The notes under the pieces are model-generated. The model saw only the letters and a list, made by a program, of their open reading frames with translations, did not search any database and had not been told where the DNA came from. Made by a program: the position numbers and the translations under genes. A stretch of DNA of 64,000 nt from Planctomycetota bacterium (GTDB taxonomy: Bacteria > Planctomycetota > UBA11346). Shown in pieces: positions 46,989 to 56,243 of the stretch. The first letter of the stretch is position 1. Every line of letters starts with the position of its first letter. Location of the stretch: contig JBBRLJ010000018.1 in the NCBI GenBank assembly GCA_038231435.1, positions 1 through 64,000 on the forward strand. Direction: 5' to 3'.

Positions 46989-48428
46989 ATGGAGACGAGC
47001 GGTATGAACCAACCACCGGCGGCGAAACGGCGGGGCACGGGGTGGCTCGTGCTCGGGATCGTGATGGTTGGGGTTGGGGTGATCGCGGTGGTGTCGAGCG
47101 GGCGGATGCGGGCGGCGATCGGGATCAGCGCGATGCCGGGGGATGCGGGGCGGGAGCCGGTCGGGGATGCGGCGCACGGCGATGCGGCGGTGGCGGCGCG
47201 TGGGCATGAGGTGGTGATGCCACCGTCGGCGGTGGTGCTCGCGCCCGCCACTTCGCCAGCGCGACCGGCGGAAATCCCGACGGGATCGCCGGCGATATCC
47301 GCGAAACGATCTGGAACGGATGAGAAGACCGATGAGAAGGAGGCCGGGCAGGTCCTGGAATCCGCCCAGAGGTCGCTCGCAACGTTGACGTGGTCGGAGG
47401 CCGGCGTGCTGGCGGGGCGCGCCGCGGCGCTCGCGGGCGACCCTGGGACCAAAGAACGGGCAATGGGCGTAATGGCGCTCGCACACCAGGCCGAGCTGGC
47501 GTTCGCGCGACTCAAAGAGCGCGATGAGCTCTCGCGCAATTGGGATACGCATCCGAGCCTGGTGCGCATCGGCGATGGAACCTCGGGGATGCTCGCCATT
47601 CCGCTGGCCGAGATCCAGCCATCCGGGCCCGAGCCGGCCGTCGCGCCCGGCGATCCGGTCGCGTTCATCGAAACCGCTCGCAAGCTCGGCCCGGTGCATG
47701 CCTTGGTCAAGGGCCGCAATGAGTACATCGTCACGGTGCTGCCTGACAGCATCGGCGATATCTCGCGCGTCGATGTCGCGGCGGCGATCGCACAGCGGCG
47801 CGCCGAACTCACCGCCAAGCTCGCCGACATCGGCGGGGGCGCGCAAGCCGGGGAAGCGCTGGCGTGGTACGCTGCGGCGCGTTTCGCGTTCCGCAATCGG
47901 GTCGACGATCTGGTCAGCGGGCCGCTTGCCAAGGCCTTCGCCTTGGATCGGAACCTGGTCGAGAGCGTACGCGATGACAAGTCGGCGCGGCTGTTCGCGG
48001 CCTTGGTGTTCCACGTCACCAATGGCAATCGTACCCAGGCGGCGGCATTCTACGGGCGGATCATTCCGGCTTATGCCGACACCGAGCATGGCAAGCAGGC
48101 CGAAGCGTACTGGAAGCGGCGCTCCCAGACGCCCGATACGCCCGCGGCTCCGACGCCCGCGGCCGGGCCGAAGGCCGCCGACGCGGGGCAAGGTCCCGAC
48201 GCCGAATTCGCGGCGGGGAGAGACGCCTACGCGAAGGCGCAGCAACTGCCGCTCACGGACGAACGCAACGCGCTCTATCGTGCGGCGATCGCGCATTTCG
48301 ACGTGGCGCTTGCCGGTTACAAAGCGATGCAGGCCAAGACGCCGACTGATGCCCAGCTCCAGGATCGCGTGACCGATACCCAGATGCTGCGCTTCGCGGC
48401 GATGAAGTATCTCACTGATTTCGAGTGA
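46989..48428 (+). CDS. Membrane-anchored helical hypothetical protein (paralog 2)
   Basis: N-terminal TM; DELSRNWDTHPSLV, ALAWYAAARFAFRNR and YADTEHGKQA match paralog 1. Confidence 0.8.
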   Translation: METSGMNQPPAAKRRGTGWLVLGIVMVGVGVIAVVSSGRMRAAIGISAMPGDAGREPVGDAAHGDAAVAARGHEVVMPPSAVVLAPATSPARPAEIPTGSPAISAKRSGTDEKTDEKEAGQVLESAQRSLATLTWSEAGVLAGRAAALAGDPGTKERAMGVMALAHQAELAFARLKERDELSRNWDTHPSLVRIGDGTSGMLAIPLAEIQPSGPEPAVAPGDPVAFIETARKLGPVHALVKGRNEYIVTVLPDSIGDISRVDVAAAIAQRRAELTAKLADIGGGAQAGEALAWYAAARFAFRNRVDDLVSGPLAKAFALDRNLVESVRDDKSARLFAALVFHVTNGNRTQAAAFYGRIIPAYADTEHGKQAEAYWKRRSQTPDTPAAPTPAAGPKAADAGQGPDAEFAAGRDAYAKAQQLPLTDERNALYRAAIAHFDVALAGYKAMQAKTPTDAQLQDRVTDTQMLRFAAMKYLTDFE

Positions 48429-48467
48429 CCAGTACAGGAGGCCGACCAGGACTCCTGTTCCGACTCT

Positions 48468-48552
48468 TGGCTCGGCACGATGCTGGCATGCTCACGCTTC
48501 ACGTCCTAGCTGATCATGATCGGCGACTCCATCGCCTACGCTGAACGCGACC
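48468..48552 (+). pseudogene. Decayed copy of the upstream region and 5' end of the SGNH hydrolase gene at 60187
   Basis: About 67/87 aligned nucleotides by eye to 60167-60253; S*LIMIGDSIAYAER versus SKLLMIGDSITDCER (AAG to TAG stop, two 1-nt deletions). Confidence 0.75.
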
Positions 48553-48841
48553 GGGAAGAAATGTGTTTGGCTTGGTCGTGTCGTATGGCGTCGCAGCTGA
48601 GCGATTGTCACACGCTGTGGTCGCGGGTTGCACGACGGATACCGTTGGGCGCGGCACGGACCGTGCCCCCCATCGATCAGGAACTCCTCAGCCGGTATGC
48701 GAATGCAGGGAAGCGGTCCGCACGCAGGAATCTTCCAGAGATCATCGGGATTTCAGCGCAATGAGCTGAGTCATTCACGTATTCAAGCTTGTCTTAGGCT
48801 CAAAGGTAGTTCGGGTACAAGAATCCCCAGGTGGGGCATAC

Positions 48842-51139
48842 ATGGCTACCGACGGAGGGCACGTGGCGGACGAGAAACCAACAGAGGCGGGCGAGGTGCG
48901 GCTGGAGCCATTGCGGCGATACCTCGCCCGCTGGTGCCGCGCAAACCGTGGCGTGTGCTGGATTATCGCCGCCGCACTCACCGTGCTCGCTGGGCTCATC
49001 CTGAAGTTGAGCTTCTACCCCGGTGAGCAGGCGAAGGGCTCAGCCAATTGGAATCTGCTTTACGAGGAGCACTTTGATGGACCACTCGACGATCGCTGGG
49101 TGGGAAGCACATCGAGTTGGGACAGTTCCAATGCAAAGCCGGATCTCGTCCGCGCCGACGATCCCAACTATTTCTCGCGCGTACGCGGGGCGATCACCTC
49201 CAGAGCACGGGTCGATGGATACCTCGATCTCGTCTACCAGCGGCATCTGATTGGGGATTTCCGCGTGGAATGGGAATATACGCCTCTTGCTCACACCACC
49301 AACCTCAACTGTTTCATCGACGGAGACAGCCGCAACAGCGGCTACACCATTCACGTCGGCGGTTTCGGCGACCCGCGACGCTGTGTGCTCACCAAAGGGC
49401 ACGACTACGAGAAGCTCGATGACAACGACGAACTCGGCGTGCTCACGGTCGGCCGCCGTTACCACTTCCTCATGCAGAAGGAAGGCCACACCATCAGCTT
49501 TGCCGTCGACGGACTGCACATTTTCGACTATGTCGACGCCGATATTCTAGATCTCCCCAACATCGGCTCGTTCGGTTTCGATTCGGTCGGTGAATCGCCC
49601 GTCCGCATCGAAGACGTGCGCATCTACCGCAAGCCGCTCGACCAGAAGATGTCGCCCATCGACTTTGGCGACAAACTGGTGCAGATGGGCCAGTACGACA
49701 ACGCCTTCGTCCAATTCTCGGAGATTTTCGAATCCTTCGGTGGAACGGAGCTCGCGCCCGAAGCGCTCTATCGCATGGCGCTGTGCTCACTGCGCATGAA
49801 GAACCAGAGGGCTCGAGGCCTCGCCCTTCTCGACCGCTTCCAACGCGAATTTCCTGAGCATCCGCTCCTGGTCTACTGCCTATATGACCGCTTCGCCTTG
49901 GCGCGCGCCGGGGGCGATACAGCGACGGTGGATCGGCTGTTAGGCGAGTTCAAGAAGTACCGCGGTCATCCGATCCTGAAGAAGGCGCTACTGGATCTCG
50001 CCAACCAGGAGGCGCAATCATTTCAAGAATTCCCCACGCTGCAGCTCGAAGACGAGGTCTATCCACCCGACGAGATCGCGCGCGTCATGGCCTCTTTCCA
50101 CAAGCTCAAGGACTGGTCGGTGGACTTCGGCATTCCGTTGATGCGCACGAAATTACAGGAACAGTTCCCTCCCATATTGAACTGGTTCGGTCGCGCCGAC
50201 CTCGCTGAAGAACTCTGTACCAAGGATTCCAGCGCCCTCGCGGGCGCCTTGTTCGAACAGGGAAAGTTCGAAGAATTGCTGCAGCGCTTCCCTTGGATGG
50301 TCGAATCTCGTGGCATGGCCCTGATCTATACCGGTCACGCCAAGCAGGTGGTGAACTCGCGAGAGTACTCCGAAGGCACGCGCTGGTTCGCGGCCTGCGT
50401 CCTCGGCCAGGCAGAGGAGTTGCTGCCGACATTCAGTGTGCGCCAGCGCATCGATGTGCTGTGGCGTCTCGGGCGCTCGGCCGAGGCGCTACCGTTCGCG
50501 GAGTCGTTTCCCAGACTGATGGTCGGACTCCTGCTCGATCTCAAGCGCGGCGACGAGGCCCTTACCTACCTGGACACCGAGTGGGTGAGACTCCAGATCA
50601 TGTATGATCAAGGTAAGTACGACGAGCTCCTCTCGACTAAAAATAATCGCCCCTTGGCCTATCGCTCTGCCTTCGCCGTGATCAGACAAGGCGAACCGGA
50701 ATGGGGACGAGCATTGCTCGAGCGCCTGCGTGGCCCGAGCGTATCCTATGGCGACGAGGAAGCGATATTCGGACGCTTCTACCTGCCGATGTTGCTCGAC
50801 AATGCCAATGGCGCCACGGTCGATAGGCGCGCCTGTCTGAAAGACCTGCTCGAACACGCACGCTACTCTGGCATGCAGCTGCCCTGGTATCGCGCTGCCC
50901 TGATCACTGGCCAGATCGACGAGGCCGCTTTCGCCAAGCAGCCCATCAAGATCTACGCGGAATGCCGACTGCTGATCGCGCGCGGCATCCGTCACGAACT
51001 CGACCACGAGTGGGCGCAGGCCGCTCACGACTACCGCGAGTGTCTGGCGCTCCCGTGGTATCGCTCCAATATTGGATCACTGACGAAGGATTACCTGACG
51101 TGGCGCAGTGAACGGCTCGAGAAAGATGCTGCGCGCTAG
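48842..51139 (+). CDS. Membrane-anchored protein with ConA/LamG-like beta-sandwich and TPR-like repeats
   Basis: Single N-terminal TM; LLYEEHFDG...GDFRVEWEY...FAVDG...IEDVRIY; TPR-like EALYRMALC, FQREFPEHP. Confidence 0.7.
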   Translation: MATDGGHVADEKPTEAGEVRLEPLRRYLARWCRANRGVCWIIAAALTVLAGLILKLSFYPGEQAKGSANWNLLYEEHFDGPLDDRWVGSTSSWDSSNAKPDLVRADDPNYFSRVRGAITSRARVDGYLDLVYQRHLIGDFRVEWEYTPLAHTTNLNCFIDGDSRNSGYTIHVGGFGDPRRCVLTKGHDYEKLDDNDELGVLTVGRRYHFLMQKEGHTISFAVDGLHIFDYVDADILDLPNIGSFGFDSVGESPVRIEDVRIYRKPLDQKMSPIDFGDKLVQMGQYDNAFVQFSEIFESFGGTELAPEALYRMALCSLRMKNQRARGLALLDRFQREFPEHPLLVYCLYDRFALARAGGDTATVDRLLGEFKKYRGHPILKKALLDLANQEAQSFQEFPTLQLEDEVYPPDEIARVMASFHKLKDWSVDFGIPLMRTKLQEQFPPILNWFGRADLAEELCTKDSSALAGALFEQGKFEELLQRFPWMVESRGMALIYTGHAKQVVNSREYSEGTRWFAACVLGQAEELLPTFSVRQRIDVLWRLGRSAEALPFAESFPRLMVGLLLDLKRGDEALTYLDTEWVRLQIMYDQGKYDELLSTKNNRPLAYRSAFAVIRQGEPEWGRALLERLRGPSVSYGDEEAIFGRFYLPMLLDNANGATVDRRACLKDLLEHARYSGMQLPWYRAALITGQIDEAAFAKQPIKIYAECRLLIARGIRHELDHEWAQAAHDYRECLALPWYRSNIGSLTKDYLTWRSERLEKDAAR

Positions 51140-51431
51140 CCTGGCGCATGTGCGGTCCCATTACAGATTGACGGTGCGTGGAATCGCATCGCCGAGCGCG
51201 CTTCGAACTGCGCATACGTGTGACACACGATGGGACTTGGCTTTGAAGCCTTAACCTAAATGGCGATTTCTGCCGCACGTGTCTTCACGTAGAGTTCCGT
51301 ACCCCGAGCGCAGCGTGCGCCCTTCCCCAGGTGAAGCTCCCTCCTCGAGTATTGTCCGGTCGCATCGACTTGGGAACGTCTGCTCAAGTAGCGCAAATAT
51401 CCTGTTCATCCGTAACCCGTCCGTACTAGGC

Positions 51432-52016
51432 ATGCGCATCACTACCTCTCCATCCGCTGCGAACCTCTCTGCCGCAGCGCCGCCAAGGATCAGCGCGCGC
51501 GGCTTCACGCTCATCGAGTTGCTGGTCGTCATCACCATCATCTGCATCCTCATGGGGCTGCTGGGATCGGCCATCGCCATGGTGCGGCAGCGGGTGTTCC
51601 GCTCGCAGGCTACAGGTCGGATCGCTCAGCTGCAGTGGGCCTTCGATAACTACGCCACCGAGGACCGGCGCCATCGCTATCCTCCGCAGACGGGAGCCGC
51701 AGATCTCTCTCTTCGCTACGACCCAAGCGGCGTCATGCCTGGAAACCTCAACGCCCTCACGGCGCTGGGCCATCAACTCGATCTGAGTGGCTTCGATCGC
51801 AGCGTTCCAGCGCCCTACCCGTTGCTCGATCCCTGGAGGCGACCGTATCAGTATCAAGTCGATAGCGATCTGATCTCATTCTCAACACCCCAACGGCCCC
51901 TTCCGCTCCTCGGCTGGAACGTTGCCGGAACCCGCCCTTGGGCATACCTGTGGTCGGTTGGACAGAAGGCGCGAACCGATGGCGTCGATTGGATCTACAC
52001 GAAGGACGCGAAATAG
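51432..52016 (+). CDS. Prepilin-type protein, GspG/major pseudopilin-like (1)
   Basis: RG|FTLIELLVVITII; C-terminal LDPWRRPYQY and LWSVG. Confidence 0.88.
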   Translation: MRITTSPSAANLSAAAPPRISARGFTLIELLVVITIICILMGLLGSAIAMVRQRVFRSQATGRIAQLQWAFDNYATEDRRHRYPPQTGAADLSLRYDPSGVMPGNLNALTALGHQLDLSGFDRSVPAPYPLLDPWRRPYQYQVDSDLISFSTPQRPLPLLGWNVAGTRPWAYLWSVGQKARTDGVDWIYTKDAK

Positions 52017-53243
52017 ATGATGAAGCCACGCGGTGGATTCACCCTCATCGAGATGCTGGTGGTGATCACGATCATCGCCATCCTGTCCGGAATGCTCTCG
52101 GTCCTGGTCGGCATCGCCCAACGCAAGGCCAGGCAGACCAATACCAGGGCGATCCTGATGAAGGTCGACCAAGCCATCCGCTTGTTCCGTAATGAGACGG
52201 GAACCTATCCGTTCCAGACCGATCTCTCGAACGCCGATGCCGATCCATCGCAGTGGACCAACAACCTCGGATTCAGGCTGGCTTGGAAACCGATAGATGC
52301 CGCCGCCCGCACCGCCTACAGGTCGGATCTCCAGGCAGATCTGACGGACATCCACAAGAAATTCTTCTTCAAGAACGGGAAGAACGTGCCGCCGGTCGGT
52401 GACTCGAGCGAAGGAACGCACGCCTTCCGGTTCGGTGATTACTACTTCTCCCCCTCTGACCCGAATTTCAAAACCAACCTCCTGTTGGGAGAGGGGAGCC
52501 TGTCGCTCACCGACGACAAGTTCACCACTCCAGACGATCAGGCCTGCAACTACATGATTCCGGGGTGGAGCTCCGCCGGCTCTGGCTCGGCCTTGGTACT
52601 GACACGCATGGCGGACGAGATCAGTGCTCTTCGCTACCTTTCGGGGCAACTCCCAGTCGAAGCCCCGAAGGGATTCGATCCCACCATACCCGCCGACAAG
52701 GCGCTGCGCCCAAATCTCGACGCCCGCTATTCAATCCTCCATTTTTCCGGCTCCATCCCATATACCTCCTACCACTACGTGCCTTACAACAAGGCGGGCT
52801 GGTACGCCGATGACTCTCGTGGTCCGGTGCTCACCGCCGCGGCTGCCAGGGCCAAAGGTTGGCGGTGCGAATACTTGGCCGATACCCTGCGGCGGCAGGT
52901 ATCCATCGGCAGCCCGGGTGAGATCGATCCCACCGGCACCACCATACTGGATTCCTATGGGCGTCCGTTGGTCTACGTCTGCACGTTCACGCCTGGCGCC
53001 CGGGGCTTCTCGTATGGATTGGGCGGTGGCGTCGGCGACGAGGCCAATTACGGCATGACCCCTGTCTCTCGCCTCGCCACGAGCGATTTGTCCTCGGACA
53101 TCCGTACCACTGCCGCCCCGACCTATGCCATGGAATTCGAGCTGTGGAGCGCTGGCCCAGATGGGCGGTTCTCCTCCATACGATCGGATGTGGCGAATCA
53201 CGACAATATATCGCTGCTGCCGTATAATAAGGATCTGAGATGA
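52017..53243 (+). CDS. Prepilin-type protein, GspG-like with large insertion (2)
   Basis: GG|FTLIEMLVVITII; LDSYGRPLVY and FELWSAGPDG. Confidence 0.88.
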   Translation: MMKPRGGFTLIEMLVVITIIAILSGMLSVLVGIAQRKARQTNTRAILMKVDQAIRLFRNETGTYPFQTDLSNADADPSQWTNNLGFRLAWKPIDAAARTAYRSDLQADLTDIHKKFFFKNGKNVPPVGDSSEGTHAFRFGDYYFSPSDPNFKTNLLLGEGSLSLTDDKFTTPDDQACNYMIPGWSSAGSGSALVLTRMADEISALRYLSGQLPVEAPKGFDPTIPADKALRPNLDARYSILHFSGSIPYTSYHYVPYNKAGWYADDSRGPVLTAAAARAKGWRCEYLADTLRRQVSIGSPGEIDPTGTTILDSYGRPLVYVCTFTPGARGFSYGLGGGVGDEANYGMTPVSRLATSDLSSDIRTTAAPTYAMEFELWSAGPDGRFSSIRSDVANHDNISLLPYNKDLR

Positions 53244-54679
53244 TCCTGGTCGAGCGCCGCGGCGGCTTCACGTTGATGGAGTTGCTGGTCGTCGTCGCCA
53301 TCATCTCCATTTTGATGGGGATGTTGACCTACAATTTCGCCAAACCGGAAGTGCGTCGCACGTCAGTGAAGCTTGCCGCTGAAGAGCTGGCAGCGACCTT
53401 TCGCAAGGCGCGGGCCCTGGCGATGGAGCGCAAGACCGTCCATGCCGTGGTCTTCCATATCCAAAACAAGCCGGGCAGCAGCGGCATCGTTCTGAACAAC
53501 CGTTCGGGCGGCCATTGGTACCGCATCCTCGGACCAGGAACCTCCGACACCAACGATCGCTCGCAGACCGCCGACGATCTGCCACCGATCGCCAACGGCG
53601 GATACGGGTATAAGCCGCATAACGTCATGGAGACTTCCGAACTCATCAACCGGGCCTGGGTCGATGACCCGCACATCCTGCTTGCGGGCAAGGTGCGCTT
53701 CCTGGCCCTCACCGACATGGATTACGGTGACAGCTCGGGCGTCAATTGGGCGTATCGCGGAATCTCGACCACCGACTACTTCCCGCGTCCCTGGTTCGGA
53801 TGGTACGATACGACGTCGAAGCGGCTGTATCCTTGGGGCGGCTACGATCCCGCGATCGCAGGCAGCGGTTTCTACTATTGGGGCGTCAATCGGGTCGATG
53901 GCGCCATAACCACCGCCACCCGGGATCCCCAACCCATCGGCAGCCGGAATCCTGTCGCCCGCACGCTCGATCACTGGTCTGTCGGTCAGGGCAACAACTG
54001 GTACGACAACATGCTCGCTCCGAGCGCTCCGGCATCGGACACCCTGTACGAGGCCGATTCCCCACGTCCGGTAATCAACGCCTTCTGGCGGGACTGCAGC
54101 CTGATCTTCCTGAGTACGGGTGAGGTGCGCTGGGGCAATTGGCTGCCGGCACGCAAGTGCTCTTTCCTCATGGATGGTATCACCACCGTCGCCACCGGAT
54201 CACTGCCGATGAAGCGCGGGATCAGCGACCGCCAGAACGGCCAGACGGAAGCCTATGCAGGCTACGTGAGTCAGCACACTGTAGCCGAGGCAGGAAACTT
54301 CGATCAGGATTCCGGTGGCTGGTTCATCACGCTCGCCCCTGATTCCGTCGATGACAAAGATACCTTCCCCAGCGCGGAAGATGCCTTGGCCTCCATCTCG
54401 CCGATGTACCGAGTCTTCGTCTCGCGATTGGGCGAGGTCAAGGTGATCGCGGTCTCGAAGACTCCAAAGCTCAATGGTCTCACCGCATTTCCACCCACCG
54501 AAGCATGGTGGAGAAACGCCACCAACATGCAGCAATACTTCCCCGCGGATCGCCTGCTCGATGGGACGATCATCGACACGTCGTGGTGCAATGAAGGCCT
54601 GGGGATCCTGCAGGGCAAGCCGATCACCGATTTCGTCACCCCAACCATGCTTCGCGAACGCCAGGTGTGGATGAAATGA
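53240..54679 (+). CDS. Prepilin-type protein, GspH/FimT-like
   Basis: GG|FTLMELLVVVAII; AAEELAATFRKARALAM..VHAVVF helix; C-terminal RVFVSRLGEVKV. Confidence 0.85.
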   Translation: MILVERRGGFTLMELLVVVAIISILMGMLTYNFAKPEVRRTSVKLAAEELAATFRKARALAMERKTVHAVVFHIQNKPGSSGIVLNNRSGGHWYRILGPGTSDTNDRSQTADDLPPIANGGYGYKPHNVMETSELINRAWVDDPHILLAGKVRFLALTDMDYGDSSGVNWAYRGISTTDYFPRPWFGWYDTTSKRLYPWGGYDPAIAGSGFYYWGVNRVDGAITTATRDPQPIGSRNPVARTLDHWSVGQGNNWYDNMLAPSAPASDTLYEADSPRPVINAFWRDCSLIFLSTGEVRWGNWLPARKCSFLMDGITTVATGSLPMKRGISDRQNGQTEAYAGYVSQHTVAEAGNFDQDSGGWFITLAPDSVDDKDTFPSAEDALASISPMYRVFVSRLGEVKVIAVSKTPKLNGLTAFPPTEAWWRNATNMQQYFPADRLLDGTIIDTSWCNEGLGILQGKPITDFVTPTMLRERQVWMK

Positions 54680-55269
54680 TGAACAACCATGGTCGTTCGG
54701 CATTCACACTGATCGAGATCCTGGCCTGCTTGCTGCTGTTCAGCATGGGGTTGATGGCCGTGATCGGCGTCTTCCTCTACGGCCTCAAATCAGCGGCTGC
54801 AGCGCAGGCAGATGCGACCGCCTGGGCCACCGCGCTCTCGGTGGTCAAAGATCCCCTGCCGCTCGGCGTGGTCGCGGATCCGGTCACCGGCCAACTCACG
54901 CCGTGGACCTGGACATCTAGTGGCGCCACCTGGACCGCCGACGACGGCTCCGGGCAACCAGCATGGGTGTACACGTCGTGGCCCATCGATACTCCCGGCA
55001 GCATCACCGTGGTCGACATGGCCGATCCGAAAAGCAATTCCCCTACGGCCTTCCCCTCCGTGGCTACTCCCGCGGTTGGCTGCGCTCGCGGGTGGCTCAA
55101 TGGCTATTACGTGGAACGGCGTGAGCAGTCGCTCAGCAGCGACCGTCTCAGCGACAACATGCGCCTGGTCGAGGTCCGCGTCGATGTCTACTGGGCCGGG
55201 TATGGGTTCGGGGACGGCAAGCCCCTGGCCAGCACCGTCGACCGCGTGGTGCGGAGCGGCGGACCATGA
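54676..55269 (+). CDS. Prepilin-type protein, GspI/PilV-like
   Basis: SA|FTLIEILACLLLFSMGLMAVIGVF; C-terminal LVEVRVDVYW. Confidence 0.85.
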   Translation: MMNNHGRSAFTLIEILACLLLFSMGLMAVIGVFLYGLKSAAAAQADATAWATALSVVKDPLPLGVVADPVTGQLTPWTWTSSGATWTADDGSGQPAWVYTSWPIDTPGSITVVDMADPKSNSPTAFPSVATPAVGCARGWLNGYYVERREQSLSSDRLSDNMRLVEVRVDVYWAGYGFGDGKPLASTVDRVVRSGGP

Positions 55270-56243
55270 GACGTTTCCGCAATCAATCCGCCGCATTGAC
55301 CCTGCTCGAATTGATCGTTTCGATCACTTTGGGCATGATCCTGATCGCCCTCGCGTGGACGACGTTCGCAAAATCGAAGGCCGCCGCCGCGCGCACCTCG
55401 ATGCGCGTCGATCTGCATACCTCGGCCGCGGTCTATCGTGAGCTTTTGCAGCGAGATTTCGCCAACCTGTCGCCAGCGACCGCCTTCTTCGCGCGCAGTA
55501 CTCCCCAGGTCCTCACGGGCGCAGATAAGATAGACACCGTCGAAGTGGTCTTCATGCGTACGACCGCGCCACTGCGCACCCAGTTCGCAGAGGACGTCAC
55601 CGAACAGTTCATGGCTGACTACCACTGGGTCCGTTGGCGCTTCAAGCGCACATGGCGACAGGTCGGGCCAACATGGAAGGTCGTCGACTACACCCTCTAT
55701 CGTTCGCGTAGTACTCCGACCCGCAGGTGGAGAGCCGTGGGGTCCATCGTCGGGCCGAATTTCAGCGTTTGGGACAATGGTTCCCAGTCGCTCAAGCCTG
55801 CCCCCGACGAAACGCTCGCCTATCTCAACATGCCCCGGCCACTGCGCGATGCATCCGCCGGCATTCCTTCGCTCGATTGCAATAAGTACAACACGCCGAT
55901 CGCTTCGATACCGTTCGGAGGTGCGCTGAAGGGCGACATCGGGGACCTGACCGATCTCGATAACAATGAATTGGTGAGCAGCACCCGGGTCCGGGATTTC
56001 GCGATCGGCTGGGTCGATGCTGGTGGCGCACTCACCACCATCACTAGCGCGGTTGCCGCGGATGTTCGCATCGACGGCTTGCACATGGACGTGGTCGGCC
56101 CTACCGGCAACGCTTACCTCACCCAGCTCAAGAACCAGGTGCGGGTGATACGCATCGCCATGAACCTCGCGGACGGCGGAGTCTCGCAGGACTTCTCCTT
56201 CTCGATCGCCACGCCCGGATTTCCTCCGCAGTTTCGGCCATGA
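55266..56243 (+). CDS. Prepilin-type protein, GspJ/PilW-like
   Basis: AA|LTLLELIVSITLG; LLQRDF helix end; LYRS; VRDF.I; RVIRIAM. Confidence 0.82.
   Translation: MRRFRNQSAALTLLELIVSITLGMILIALAWTTFAKSKAAAARTSMRVDLHTSAAVYRELLQRDFANLSPATAFFARSTPQVLTGADKIDTVEVVFMRTTAPLRTQFAEDVTEQFMADYHWVRWRFKRTWRQVGPTWKVVDYTLYRSRSTPTRRWRAVGSIVGPNFSVWDNGSQSLKPAPDETLAYLNMPRPLRDASAGIPSLDCNKYNTPIASIPFGGALKGDIGDLTDLDNNELVSSTRVRDFAIGWVDAGGALTTITSAVAADVRIDGLHMDVVGPTGNAYLTQLKNQVRVIRIAMNLADGGVSQDFSFSIATPGFPPQFRP

Noticed and set aside
45171..48296. 1041-aa minus-strand ORF
   Set aside because: Antisense shadow of the two paralogs; Arg/Gly-rich with no motifs, typical of high-GC DNA.
48516..48764. 82-aa ORF MIGDSIAYAER as a real gene
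   Set aside because: Better explained as the decayed 5' copy of the SGNH gene; the other SGNH motifs are absent.
51140..51431. Sigma-54 promoter or c-di-GMP riboswitch upstream of the pilin cassette
   Set aside because: The TGGC at 51261 lacks the correctly spaced GC, and I could not see GEMM motifs.
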